DNA from: an uncultured Porphyromonadaceae bacterium | GTDB lineage: Bacteria; Bacteroidota; Bacteroidia; Bacteroidales; Muribaculaceae | Direction: 5' to 3' | Length of the DNA stretch: 64,000 nt | NCBI GenBank assembly: GCA_902493335.1 | Contig: CABUPJ010000002.1 | Coordinates: 4,074-68,073, forward strand | In this document: positions 30,218 through 39,988 of the stretch, one piece after another | How the letters are laid out: each line of letters opens with the position of its first letter | Numbering within the stretch: position 1 is the first letter of the stretch | The notes under the pieces: model-generated | What the model saw: only the letters and a program-made list of their open reading frames with translations | The model's database searches: none | What the model was told of the DNA's origin: nothing | Translations under genes and position numbers: made by a program

Positions 30218-30856
30218 ATGGATACATTGAAAGTATTACTGGTAAACGGAAGCCCCCACAAAGACGGGTGCGTTCATACCGCCTTGTCGGAAATTGCCGG
30301 CACGCTGAAAGCCGAAGGCGTCGAATCCACCATATTCTGGGTAGGGAACCAACCCGTAGCCGGATGTATCGGTTGCGGGGCGTGCGTGGGAAAGCGCAGT
30401 TGCTTCCGGGATGACAAAGTCAACGAGTTCGTGAAGATAATGGACGAATACGATGGCTTCGTGTTCGGCACCCCCGTACACTATGCGGCGGCAAGCGGTG
30501 CGATGACCTCGTTCCTCGACCGGGTGTTCATGATTGACGAGTACAACGGCGACCACTTTGCCGGAAAGCCTGCCGCTGCCGTTGCCACCTGCCGCCGCAG
30601 TGGTGCCACGGCTGCACTCGACCAGATGAACAAGTACATGGCCGACTGCAATATGCCCATCGTACCGTCGCAATACTGGAACGTGGTCCACGGAAATACA
30701 CCGGACGAAATACGCCGTGATGTGGAGGGTCTGCAAACCATGCGCACCCTCGCGAGAAACATGGCGTGGCTGCTGAAGTGCATCGCAACAGGGCGTGAAC
30801 ACGGCATTGAGTTCCCGGCCCACGAACAGCATACGATGACAAATTTCATACGTTAA
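30218..30856 (+). CDS. Iron-sulfur flavoprotein / NADPH-dependent FMN reductase family
   Basis: NGSPH, Cx2Cx2Cx5C, GTPVHY. Confidence 0.85.
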   Translation: MDTLKVLLVNGSPHKDGCVHTALSEIAGTLKAEGVESTIFWVGNQPVAGCIGCGACVGKRSCFRDDKVNEFVKIMDEYDGFVFGTPVHYAAASGAMTSFLDRVFMIDEYNGDHFAGKPAAAVATCRRSGATAALDQMNKYMADCNMPIVPSQYWNVVHGNTPDEIRRDVEGLQTMRTLARNMAWLLKCIATGREHGIEFPAHEQHTMTNFIR

Positions 30857-30904
30857 ACAATCAGATTCAACAAAACAATCAAAAACAGATAAGGAGAAAT
30901 AAAA

Positions 30905-31849
30905 ATGAAAAATCAACCGTCAATAGCATTAGGCACATGGTCGTGGGGCGCAGGATTCGCCGGCGGCGACCAGGTATTCGGAAACAACCTCGGAGTGAAC
31001 GAACTGAAGCCCGTATTCGACGCGGCAATGGCAGGAGGTCTGAACCTGTGGGATTCTGCCGTGGTGTATGGCATGGGCGCTTCGGAAAGCGTACTCGCCG
31101 CGTTCACCAAAGAGTGCAACCGTGAGGACGTACTTATCTCAACGAAGTTCACACCCCAGATTGCCGGGGATTCTGCCAATCCCGTAGAGGATATGCTCGA
31201 CAGCAGCCTCGAACGCTTCGGCACGGACTATATCGACATCTACTGGATTCACAATCCCGCGGATGTGGAGAAGTGGACCCCGTTCCTTGCCGACCTCGTG
31301 AAAAGCGGCAAAGTAAAACGTGTGGGTGTCTCCAACCACAACCTTGCGCAGATCAAGCGTGCGGAAGAGATACTTTCCAAAGAAGGAGTGCATATTTCCG
31401 CCGTGCAGAACCATTTCAGCCTCCTTTACCGTTCGTCGGAGAAAGCGGGCATTCTTGACTACTGCAAGGAGAACGGCATAGACTTCTGGGCATACATGGT
31501 GCTGGAACAAGGTGCGTTAAGCGGAAAATATGACACCACCCACCCGCTGCCTGCCGGAAGCCAGCGCGGTGACACCTACAATCCGCTGTTGCCGCAAATT
31601 GAAAAGCTCGTTGCCGTGATGCGCACTGTCGGTGACAAATACGGCGTCACTCCGGCGCAGGTCGCCTTGGCCTGGGCGATTGGCAAGGGAACGACACCTA
31701 TCATCGGCGTGACTAAACCTGCCCAGGTGCAGGATGCGCTGGAAGCCATAAAGGTAAAGCTTACCGACGAGGATATGAAAACTCTGGAGGAAGCTGCTGA
31801 AAGTACCGGAGTCGATACAAGAGGCTCGTGGGAAATGCCTATGGTGTAA
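30905..31849 (+). CDS. Aldo/keto reductase
   Basis: LGTWSWG, D.A.VYG, STK, YWIH, GVSN. Confidence 0.9.
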   Translation: MKNQPSIALGTWSWGAGFAGGDQVFGNNLGVNELKPVFDAAMAGGLNLWDSAVVYGMGASESVLAAFTKECNREDVLISTKFTPQIAGDSANPVEDMLDSSLERFGTDYIDIYWIHNPADVEKWTPFLADLVKSGKVKRVGVSNHNLAQIKRAEEILSKEGVHISAVQNHFSLLYRSSEKAGILDYCKENGIDFWAYMVLEQGALSGKYDTTHPLPAGSQRGDTYNPLLPQIEKLVAVMRTVGDKYGVTPAQVALAWAIGKGTTPIIGVTKPAQVQDALEAIKVKLTDEDMKTLEEAAESTGVDTRGSWEMPMV

Positions 31850-31867
31850 TCTCTAAAATCAAATGAC

Positions 31868-32359
31868 ATGAGTAGTCCGAAAATATTGGTCGCCTATTTC
31901 TCTTGCAGCGGTACGACAAGAGAGGCTGCCCGTGAACTGGCGGCCGTGGCCAACGCCGATATGTATGAAATAGTACCGGAACAACCTTACACGGATGCCG
32001 ACTTGAACTGGAATGACCGGCAAAGCCGCAGTTCCGTGGAGATGCGTGATGCGACATCCCGTCCTGCCATTGCAGGACGGGTGTCCGATATGGAGAAGTA
32101 CGATGTGGTATTCATCGGTTTTCCCGTATGGTGGTACATTGCGCCGACCATCATAAACACGTTCATCGAAAGCCACGACCTTGCAGGCAAGAAGGTGGTG
32201 CCGTTTGCCACTTCGGGTGGTAGCGGCATTGCCAACTGCGAGAAAAACCTGCGTAAAGCCTATCCCGAAATAGACTGGTGTGCCGGGAAACTGCTGAACA
32301 GATCTTTGTCTGAAAAACAGTTCACGGAGTGGCTTGAATCTATAACCGGGGGAAAATAA
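31868..32359 (+). CDS. Flavodoxin (cytoplasmic)
   Basis: [21 protein letters not shown]. Confidence 0.88.
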   Translation: MSSPKILVAYFSCSGTTREAARELAAVANADMYEIVPEQPYTDADLNWNDRQSRSSVEMRDATSRPAIAGRVSDMEKYDVVFIGFPVWWYIAPTIINTFIESHDLAGKKVVPFATSGGSGIANCEKNLRKAYPEIDWCAGKLLNRSLSEKQFTEWLESITGGK

Positions 32360-32365
32360 CTCGAT

Positions 32366-33379
32366 ATGGGAAGAAAACTGGTTTTACTCATGGCTATGTC
32401 CACACTCTTTATCAGCTGTCCGGTATTCGGGCAGACCATTGATGTGCATTGCCACAACATCCTGCCTGAATACATGGCGGTGCTGGAAAAGCACGGTGCC
32501 GCAATGGAAGAGACCTTTCCATTGCCTGCTTGGAACGTGGAATCACATATCGCTTTCATGCAGAAAGCCGGAATAGAATGTTCGGTTCTGTCGATGCCCG
32601 CTCCGCAACCGTGGTTCGGTGATACGGAGGAAAGCAGACGTGTTATTCGTGAATACAATGAGTATTGCGCCCGTCTGAAGAAGGAGTATCCGGGAAAATT
32701 CAAGTTCTGCGCAGCGTTGCCCCTGCCCGATGTTGATGCTGCTATCGAGGAAGCCGTTTACGCGCTCGACACATTGGGCGCGGACGGGGTAAAGCTGGCG
32801 ACAAACAGCCGGGGGCAATATATCGGGGATGAAGCACTTGACCCGTTGATGAAGGTGCTGAACGACAGAAATGCCATAATCATCATACATCCGCACAAGC
32901 CTACACCGGTTAATGACAGTATCATTGCCACCGCCCCGCTTGCGGTATATGAATATCCGGCCGAAACGACCCGTGCCGTTGTCAATATGATTTCGCGCAA
33001 TGTGCTGGCACGTAACCCCAATGTCAAGGTCGTTGTACCACATTGCGGTTCCTTCCTGCCGATGGCAATACCCCGCATGAAAGCCGTCCATCCGGCGATG
33101 CTTGCCAAAGGTTTTATGGAACAGATGGACTGGGAAAACAATCTCTCGCGCCTGTATTACGACCTTGCCGGAGGCGCAAGCCCCGAAATCGTGAAGATGA
33201 TGCTTACAATTACCACCCCGGAGCATATTCTCTACGGCTCGGATTATCCCTATATGCCTGACAACGTATTGCAGGGGAACCTGACACGGATGCGCGAACA
33301 GTTTGCCGCCGACAAGGAGCTGGCGCCGTACACGGAACGGTTCTTCTCGAAGAATGCCCGTGAATTATTCAACAGATAA
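32366..33379 (+). CDS. Amidohydrolase-2 family (decarboxylase-like) protein with signal peptide
   Basis: IDVHCH, IHP, HCGS and YGSDYPY motifs, plus a hydrophobic N-terminal signal ending G/Q. Confidence 0.82.
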   Translation: MGRKLVLLMAMSTLFISCPVFGQTIDVHCHNILPEYMAVLEKHGAAMEETFPLPAWNVESHIAFMQKAGIECSVLSMPAPQPWFGDTEESRRVIREYNEYCARLKKEYPGKFKFCAALPLPDVDAAIEEAVYALDTLGADGVKLATNSRGQYIGDEALDPLMKVLNDRNAIIIIHPHKPTPVNDSIIATAPLAVYEYPAETTRAVVNMISRNVLARNPNVKVVVPHCGSFLPMAIPRMKAVHPAMLAKGFMEQMDWENNLSRLYYDLAGGASPEIVKMMLTITTPEHILYGSDYPYMPDNVLQGNLTRMREQFAADKELAPYTERFFSKNARELFNR

Positions 33380-33391
33380 AAACAGAAAACA

Positions 33392-34228
33392 ATGAAAAAA
33401 GTAATTCTTGGTTTATTGCTGGTTGCCGTTTCGCTACCGGCTTTTGCCCAGACAGCAGAAAAGACAAACGATATGGACAGAATAGAATTATGCAAGGAAA
33501 ACTACACGGCCCTGTTCGGCGGTGAGGCACTTAACGAAGGCGGTACAGATCCGGAAATCATGGACATCCTCCAGAAATACATTTTCGGTGAAGTGTTCCG
33601 CACGGGAGATCTGGACATAAAGACACGAGAAATGATCACCTGCGTATGTCTCGCCACCATGCAGCAACTGCCACAACTGAAGGGGCATACGGGAGCCGCA
33701 CTCAATGTCGGGGTCACGCCCATAGAGTTGCGCGAGGCAGTTTACCAGTGCGCTCCCATCATCGGATTCCCCAAAGTCCTGAATGCGATGACTGCCGTCA
33801 ACGAAGCCTTCACGGAGCGCGGAATCAAAGTGCCGCTGGAAACACAGACGACCGTCACTGAAGAGAACCGCTACGAGAAAGGGCATGAAATCCAATATCC
33901 GCTTTACGGAGACCGGATGAAAGAGGCGATGAAGGACGTACCCGGCGGCATGGGCGAAAAGGTCGCGCGTTTTCTGACCGAAGTACACTTCGGCGACTTC
34001 CAGACACGAAGCGGCCTTGACACGCAGACACGAGAACTGCTGACCTACTGCGTCCTGACCGTCATCGGAGCGGAACCGCAACTTCACGCCCATCTTCGCG
34101 CCAACCTGAAGGCGGGTAACAGCAAGGAGCGGGTGACGGCTGCCGTCATCCAGTGTATGCCTTACATCGGCTTTCCGGCCGCACTTAAGGCATTGAACAT
34201 CATCAAGGATTTCCAGCCGGAAAATTAA
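33392..34228 (+). CDS. Carboxymuconolactone decarboxylase family (tandem CMD domains) with signal peptide
   Basis: Two LD..TRE...QL..H...G repeats with GFP. Signal peptide ends AFA/Q. Confidence 0.85.
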   Translation: MKKVILGLLLVAVSLPAFAQTAEKTNDMDRIELCKENYTALFGGEALNEGGTDPEIMDILQKYIFGEVFRTGDLDIKTREMITCVCLATMQQLPQLKGHTGAALNVGVTPIELREAVYQCAPIIGFPKVLNAMTAVNEAFTERGIKVPLETQTTVTEENRYEKGHEIQYPLYGDRMKEAMKDVPGGMGEKVARFLTEVHFGDFQTRSGLDTQTRELLTYCVLTVIGAEPQLHAHLRANLKAGNSKERVTAAVIQCMPYIGFPAALKALNIIKDFQPEN

Positions 34229-34250
34229 AAGAATTTTTATCGGTAACAGA

Positions 34251-34925
34251 ATGAAAAGACGGGATTTTATAAAAAAATCCGTGTTTGCCGTAGGTAGCAC
34301 ACTTCTTGCCGGGGGTGCAATAAAGAGTCTGGCGGCGATGAGTATTGATGATGAGGTATCTGAATCTAACGAATCAAAACAAGATAAAATGAAAATAGTG
34401 GTACTCACGGGCAGCCCCCGCCGTAACGGGAACTCTGCTTATCTCGCAGACCGGTTCATAGAAGGAGCGAAAGAAAAAGGTCATGAAATCTATCGTTTCG
34501 ACTGTGCCTTCAAGCAAGTGGAGCCATGCCGCGCGTGCAACCGTTGCGGTATGGACGGCCCGTGCATCTTCAACGATGATTTCAGTGAACTCCGTCCGCA
34601 TCTTATCGAGGCCGACATGGTGGTTTTCGCCACACCAATGTATTATTTTGGTATATCCGCACAGATGAAAAGAGTAATCGACCGCTTTTATGCCATCAAT
34701 GGGAAAATTAAGGGTCATTACAAAAAAGCCGCCTATCTGATGACATACGCAAACACGGCTAAAAGTGATGCGGAGCCCATGCTCCTGCACTACCGCACAA
34801 TGATGGATTACCTTGGCTGGGAAAGCGTAGGCGAAATTGTCGCTCCCGGTGTCTGGACAGCAGGATCTGTGCGTGACACGGATTATGGCGACAAGGCATA
34901 TCGCTTGGGGAAAAGCTTATCATGA
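34251..34925 (+). CDS. Iron-sulfur flavoprotein with twin-arginine signal
   Basis: MKRRDFIKK Tat-like signal, TGSPRRNGNS, Cx2Cx2Cx5C, ATPMYY. Confidence 0.82.
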   Translation: MKRRDFIKKSVFAVGSTLLAGGAIKSLAAMSIDDEVSESNESKQDKMKIVVLTGSPRRNGNSAYLADRFIEGAKEKGHEIYRFDCAFKQVEPCRACNRCGMDGPCIFNDDFSELRPHLIEADMVVFATPMYYFGISAQMKRVIDRFYAINGKIKGHYKKAAYLMTYANTAKSDAEPMLLHYRTMMDYLGWESVGEIVAPGVWTAGSVRDTDYGDKAYRLGKSLS

Positions 34926-35077
34926 GATATTGATTAGAGTTGTCAAGGACTTTGATTTACTATTTCATAAGCAATCCAATGTAATGACATTTGCCTTGTG
35001 GAAGCTCTTCGCTGAGATTGTATGACGGCAAAAGAATGTTTGCCATTTATTCAGAATTTCATAGATGAAATAGAAAT

Positions 35078-36994
35078 ATGACAAAAAAGAATATTCAACA
35101 AAGCCTAAGCGTCATAATGCTATGCGTCATTTTGTCCTATCACGGAGTAATCCAGGCACAAGAACACCCTGATAGCACACACTCTCTTGCACTTGACGAA
35201 GTGGTGGTGACCGGGACCCGTAATGCTGTGGATGTGCGTCATCTTTCGCAGACAGTTTCTGTGGTAAATCGAAATAAAATAGAACAGTCCTTGCAGCCCT
35301 CATTATTGCCTGTGCTTACTGAAAACGTTCCCGGACTTTTCACTACAGCACGAGGCATAATGGGTTATGGCGTGTCCGGCGGTGCCGCCGGTGGCATCTC
35401 GATTCGCGGACTTTCAGGAAGCACGGCACGAATGATGGTGTTGATAGACGGTCATCCGCAATATGCCGGTATTTTCGGGCATCCGATTTCTGATGCTTAC
35501 CAGTCGTTATTGGCGGACAAGATTGAAGTCCTGAGAGGGCCTGCATCCGTACTATACGGTTCAAATGCGATGGGTGGCGTGGTAAATATCATGACCCGAA
35601 AAATGCACAAGGATGGAGTACATACAAACCTGCATGCAGGGTATGGTTCATATAACACGATTGAAACCGAACTGACCAATATGGTTCGGAAAGGACGGTT
35701 TTCTTCGGTCATCAGCGGATCATACAACCGTACTGACGGACACCGTGCTGACATGAATTTTGAACAATACGGAGGATATGCCAAAGTGGGATATGACATA
35801 ACAGATAACTGGAATATGTATGCAGATGTGAACGTGACGCATTTCAACGCGTCTTATCCGGGTCCGGTGTCTGCTCCTTTGATTGATGGAGACCAGCGGA
35901 TTACACGGGGTGCCACATCGTTATCCCTAAGCAACGACTACGGTAACACATCCGGTGGGTTGAGTTTCTTCTACAACTGGGGAACCCATTGGATTAACGA
36001 TGGTTATACACCCAGTGCGGGCGAGACTTCACAGAACGGCCGTTTTAAGTCGCGGGACAATATGATGGGCTTGTCGTTATATCAGAGTACACAATTCTTC
36101 AAAGGAAACCGTATCACTTTCGGATTCGATTGGTTCCGTTACGGAGGAAAGGCGTGGACAGATTATGTGGCAGGAGAAAATGCCGGTACACGACGTGATT
36201 TGGTGAATAAGCATGAAGATGAGATTGCCGGATATGTGGACTTCCGCCAAGACATTGGCAGATGGCTGACATTGAATGCCGGTCTTCGTGTGGACAATCA
36301 TTCAAGAATCGGGATCGAGTGGGTGCCGCAGGCGGGACTTGCTTTCCATCTGCCTCACTCTATAGAGTTGAAGGCTTCCGCAACAAAAGGATTCCGCTAC
36401 CCGATTCTTAGAGAAATGTATATGTTCCCGCCGCAGAATCCTGACTTGAAACCGGAATCAATGTGGAATTATGAAATAGCCATGTCCCAAACACTGTTAA
36501 ACGGTCGGTTGAACTATGGTGTAAATGTTTTCTATATTGATGGAAAAGACCTGATTATGATTCTGCCAAATCCACACGGATCAGGGATGCTCAATCAAAA
36601 TTCCGGAAATATAGAGAATGCCGGAGTGGAATTGCAGGCAGCTTACCGTATCAACACAGTTTGGTCTGTCGATGCAAACTACAGTTTCCTGCACATGGAA
36701 AAACCGATGATTGCAGCTCCGGAACATAAGTTATATGTAGGTGCCGGTTTCACCAAGGGTCGCTGGAGTGTATTCACGGGTCTCCAATATATTGCAGGTC
36801 TTTATACTTCTGTGGGAGAAAAAAACGTTACCGAGGATTTTGTGTTGTGGAATCTTCGTGGGCAGTTTTCAGCGACCAAATGGCTTACTCTGTGGGCTCG
36901 CGGCGAAAACCTGTTGGCACAAAAATACGAGATAAACGCCGGTTATCCCATGCCGCGGGCAACGGTTATGGGTGGTATAAATATTCACTTCTAA
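35078..36994 (+). CDS. TonB-dependent receptor
   Basis: LDEVVVTGTR TonB box region, plug motif IEVLRGPASVLYGSNAMGGVVNI, C-terminal Phe. Confidence 0.92.
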   Translation: MTKKNIQQSLSVIMLCVILSYHGVIQAQEHPDSTHSLALDEVVVTGTRNAVDVRHLSQTVSVVNRNKIEQSLQPSLLPVLTENVPGLFTTARGIMGYGVSGGAAGGISIRGLSGSTARMMVLIDGHPQYAGIFGHPISDAYQSLLADKIEVLRGPASVLYGSNAMGGVVNIMTRKMHKDGVHTNLHAGYGSYNTIETELTNMVRKGRFSSVISGSYNRTDGHRADMNFEQYGGYAKVGYDITDNWNMYADVNVTHFNASYPGPVSAPLIDGDQRITRGATSLSLSNDYGNTSGGLSFFYNWGTHWINDGYTPSAGETSQNGRFKSRDNMMGLSLYQSTQFFKGNRITFGFDWFRYGGKAWTDYVAGENAGTRRDLVNKHEDEIAGYVDFRQDIGRWLTLNAGLRVDNHSRIGIEWVPQAGLAFHLPHSIELKASATKGFRYPILREMYMFPPQNPDLKPESMWNYEIAMSQTLLNGRLNYGVNVFYIDGKDLIMILPNPHGSGMLNQNSGNIENAGVELQAAYRINTVWSVDANYSFLHMEKPMIAAPEHKLYVGAGFTKGRWSVFTGLQYIAGLYTSVGEKNVTEDFVLWNLRGQFSATKWLTLWARGENLLAQKYEINAGYPMPRATVMGGINIHF

Positions 36995-37006
36995 TTTTTC
37001 AAGATT

Positions 37007-37996
37007 ATGAAATATCCTATTTTAGTAAGCATGATGACGATAATGTCCCTTTATGCCGGAATGGGATGCTCTTCAGCATCAGACAATCCAGAGAACAAAC
37101 CTGAAGAAAAACCAGATGTTGAACTAACTGATCCTCCGAAAGTTTACATGTTCAAAGAAATCAACTCTCAGAATCTGGTCAGGATATATGAGGCATTAGG
37201 TCGGGAAGCGACAGGAAGGGTTGCCGTTAAACTTTCCACCGGAGAACCGGGCGGGCACAATTTTCTTCAACCGGCATTGATAAAAGATCTGGTACAGGAA
37301 GTCAACGGAACGATTGTCGAGTGTAATACGGCATACGGAGGAGGCAGAGGAAATACCGAAGCGCATCGTAGAGCCGCCGAAGCACACGGCTTTACCGCAA
37401 TAGCACCGGTTGACATTATGGATGCCGACGGTGAAGTGGAGTTGCCTCTTAGTGGAGGTCGTCATCTGACACGAGACATTGTTGGATCACATTATTTGAA
37501 TTATGAGTTCACAATCGTCCTGTCGCATTTCAAGGGTCATGCGATGGGAGGTTTCGGTGGTGCAATCAAGAACATGTCCATCGGTATTGCGTCATCAAAC
37601 GGTAAACGTTATATCCATTCAGCCGGGGCAAGTACTACAAGCTGGGGCAGTCCTGCACAAGATGATTTTCTTGAGTCAATGGCAGAAGCGGCAAAAGCAG
37701 TGGCAGACCATTGTGGAGAAAATATACTTTATATCAGCGTGGCAAACAATCTTTCGGTAGATTGCGACTGCGATTCATCTCCGGCAGACCCTCAAATGGG
37801 AGACATCGGAATTTTGGCCTCACTTGACCCTGTGGCTTTGGACAGAGCCTGCACTGATTTGGTACGCGCATCAGAAGATCATGGTAAAGTACATCTCATT
37901 GAACGCATTGATTCGCGTCATGGTATGCACACACTTGATCATGCGGAAACAATCGGATTAGGGTATCAAAAATATGAATTGGTCAGATTAGATTAA
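37007..37996 (+). CDS. DUF362 lipoprotein
   Basis: Lipobox-like GMGC (Cys21) followed by an acidic stretch, plus ECNTAY, HFKGH and DCDCD. Paralog of 28278-29405. Confidence 0.8.
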   Translation: MKYPILVSMMTIMSLYAGMGCSSASDNPENKPEEKPDVELTDPPKVYMFKEINSQNLVRIYEALGREATGRVAVKLSTGEPGGHNFLQPALIKDLVQEVNGTIVECNTAYGGGRGNTEAHRRAAEAHGFTAIAPVDIMDADGEVELPLSGGRHLTRDIVGSHYLNYEFTIVLSHFKGHAMGGFGGAIKNMSIGIASSNGKRYIHSAGASTTSWGSPAQDDFLESMAEAAKAVADHCGENILYISVANNLSVDCDCDSSPADPQMGDIGILASLDPVALDRACTDLVRASEDHGKVHLIERIDSRHGMHTLDHAETIGLGYQKYELVRLD

Positions 37997-38098
37997 ACTC
38001 CATGCAGGCAATGGATCGAATTGAAAAACAATCGGCTTTACGACCAGAGGATTGAATTTATCCGACAACCGTCAAATAATACGATTAAAAAGAATGTT

Positions 38099-38962
38099 AT
38101 GGACACTATAAAATTGAACAACGGCATTGAAATGCCAATATTGGGTTATGGCGTTTTTCAAGTATCACCTGAAGAGTGCGAGCGTTGTGTGCTGGATGCA
38201 ATCAGCACAGGCTACAGGCTGATAGATACGGCGCAGGCTTATTATAACGAAGAAGGCGTTGGCAACGCCGTTGCCAAATGCGGCGTACCGCGTGACCAAC
38301 TCTTCCTTACCACCAAAGTATGGGTTACGAACGCCGGCGAAGAAAAAGCCGCACGCAGCATAGAGGATTCTCTCCGCAAATTGCGCACAGACTACATAGA
38401 CCTTCTTCTCATCCATCAGCCTTTCAGCGATTATCCCGGAACATGGCGGGCTATGGAGAAAGCCGTAAAGGACGGCAAGGTACGCGCCATCGGTCTCTCA
38501 AACTTTTATCCCGACAGGTTTGTCGATATGGCTGAATACGCTAATATCAAGCCTGCTGTCAACCAGTTGAAAACAAATGTGTTCAGCCAGCAATGGGAAG
38601 CGGAGGCCGAAATGGAGCCTTACGGAACCCGTATCATGGCTTGGGGACCGCTTGCGCAAGGCAGTGAGGATTTGCAGAACAATCCCGTATTGACGGCACT
38701 TGCCATAAAATATGACAAGACAGTGCAACAAATCGCATTGCGGTATCTGGTTCAACGCAATATCATTGCGATTCCAAAAAGCACCCGCATCGAACGCATG
38801 AAGCAGAATTTGGATATTTTCGATTTCTGTCTTTCGGAAGAGGATATGGAGAAATTCCGTCCCCTTGACAAACCTGCGGATTTCCATTGGTCACACCGTG
38901 ATCCGGAACTTGTGAAATTCCTCCTGAATTACGACAAACAGTTTAATCCTAATAACCAGTAA
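38099..38962 (+). CDS. Aldo/keto reductase (2,5-DKG reductase-like)
   Basis: GYRLIDTAQAYYNE, TTK, LLLIH, IGLSNF, IPKS. Confidence 0.9.
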   Translation: MDTIKLNNGIEMPILGYGVFQVSPEECERCVLDAISTGYRLIDTAQAYYNEEGVGNAVAKCGVPRDQLFLTTKVWVTNAGEEKAARSIEDSLRKLRTDYIDLLLIHQPFSDYPGTWRAMEKAVKDGKVRAIGLSNFYPDRFVDMAEYANIKPAVNQLKTNVFSQQWEAEAEMEPYGTRIMAWGPLAQGSEDLQNNPVLTALAIKYDKTVQQIALRYLVQRNIIAIPKSTRIERMKQNLDIFDFCLSEEDMEKFRPLDKPADFHWSHRDPELVKFLLNYDKQFNPNNQ

Positions 38963-38966
38963 CCGC

Positions 38967-39716
38967 ATGTATGATTCATTGAATAAGAAAGTCGCGTTGG
39001 TGACCGGAGCCGGGACAGGCATCGGACGAGCCATAGCGTGGCGTCTGGCTGACGAAGGTTCACAAGTCTTGATTGTCGGCCGGACAGAAAAGACGCTTGC
39101 GGAGACTGCAGCTCATAGCGGGAATATCACCTATCATATTGCAGACCTTGAGACAAACGAGGGAATCCGGTCCGTTGCACAGGAAGTGATCAACAGGTAT
39201 GGGCGTCTTAACATTCTTGTGAATAACGCGGGATGGGCACCCGTAGGCTCGTTTGCCTCAATGAAAATCGAAGAGTACGACAAGGTGTTTGCCATCAATG
39301 TCAGGGCGGTAGTGATGCTCTCCCAAGTCCTTCTGCCTCTGATAAAAGAAGCCAAAGGGAATATCCTCAATATCACGACAACGATGACGACGAATCCCAT
39401 CACGACAATGGCCAATTATGCCGCGTCCAAAGCTGCCATATACACAATGACCCGCGCTTGGGCAAAAGAGTTGGCAAAGGATGGAGTACGTGTCAATTCG
39501 CTTGGCGTGGGACCGATAGAGACCCCCATTTATGGCAAAACGGAACTTTCAGAACAGGAAGCCAAAGCGCATAAGGATATGGTAATCAAAAGTGTACCGA
39601 TGGGCCGAATGGGAAGACCGGAAGAGGTGGCCGCAGTGGTGGCATTCCTGGCAAGCGAGGAGGCAAGTTTCATTACCGGTGCTGATTACAAAGTGGACGG
39701 CGGTGTAGGTGCTTAG
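38967..39716 (+). CDS. Short-chain dehydrogenase/reductase
   Basis: TGAGTGIG, NNAG, YAASK, VDGG. Confidence 0.92.
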   Translation: MYDSLNKKVALVTGAGTGIGRAIAWRLADEGSQVLIVGRTEKTLAETAAHSGNITYHIADLETNEGIRSVAQEVINRYGRLNILVNNAGWAPVGSFASMKIEEYDKVFAINVRAVVMLSQVLLPLIKEAKGNILNITTTMTTNPITTMANYAASKAAIYTMTRAWAKELAKDGVRVNSLGVGPIETPIYGKTELSEQEAKAHKDMVIKSVPMGRMGRPEEVAAVVAFLASEEASFITGADYKVDGGVGA

Positions 39717-39830
39717 AAAGCAACTTATTCAAAACCGTAAACTTTTTATTTCAGATCTGGGACATTGTGATGCGTTAATATGTTTTGAACTACTATAAAA
39801 ACTATCATAGGAGTGTAACTTAAAAAATAC

Positions 39831-39863
39831 AATCAGGTCGTCGTTCAATCTGACGACCTGATT
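39831..39863 (+). terminator. Hairpin ending the cargo operon region
   Basis: 12-bp inverted repeat AATCAGGTCGTC / GACGACCTGATT. Confidence 0.6.
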
Positions 39864-39885
39864 CTGTTTAACCATAAATATATCA

Positions 39886-39987
39886 ATGAATAAGATTCTT
39901 ATTGTTGATGCCTCCGAAACCGACCGTCGGCTTATGTCGGGCTTGCTTGTCAAGAACGCATATTCGATTATGAATGGCCATAGGTAA
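39886..39987 (+). pseudogene. Truncated response-regulator receiver domain (33 aa remnant)
   Basis: My translation is MNKILIVDASETDRRLMSGLLVKNAYSIMNGHR*. It covers only beta1-alpha1 of a REC domain. Confidence 0.6.
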
Positions 39988-39988
39988 T

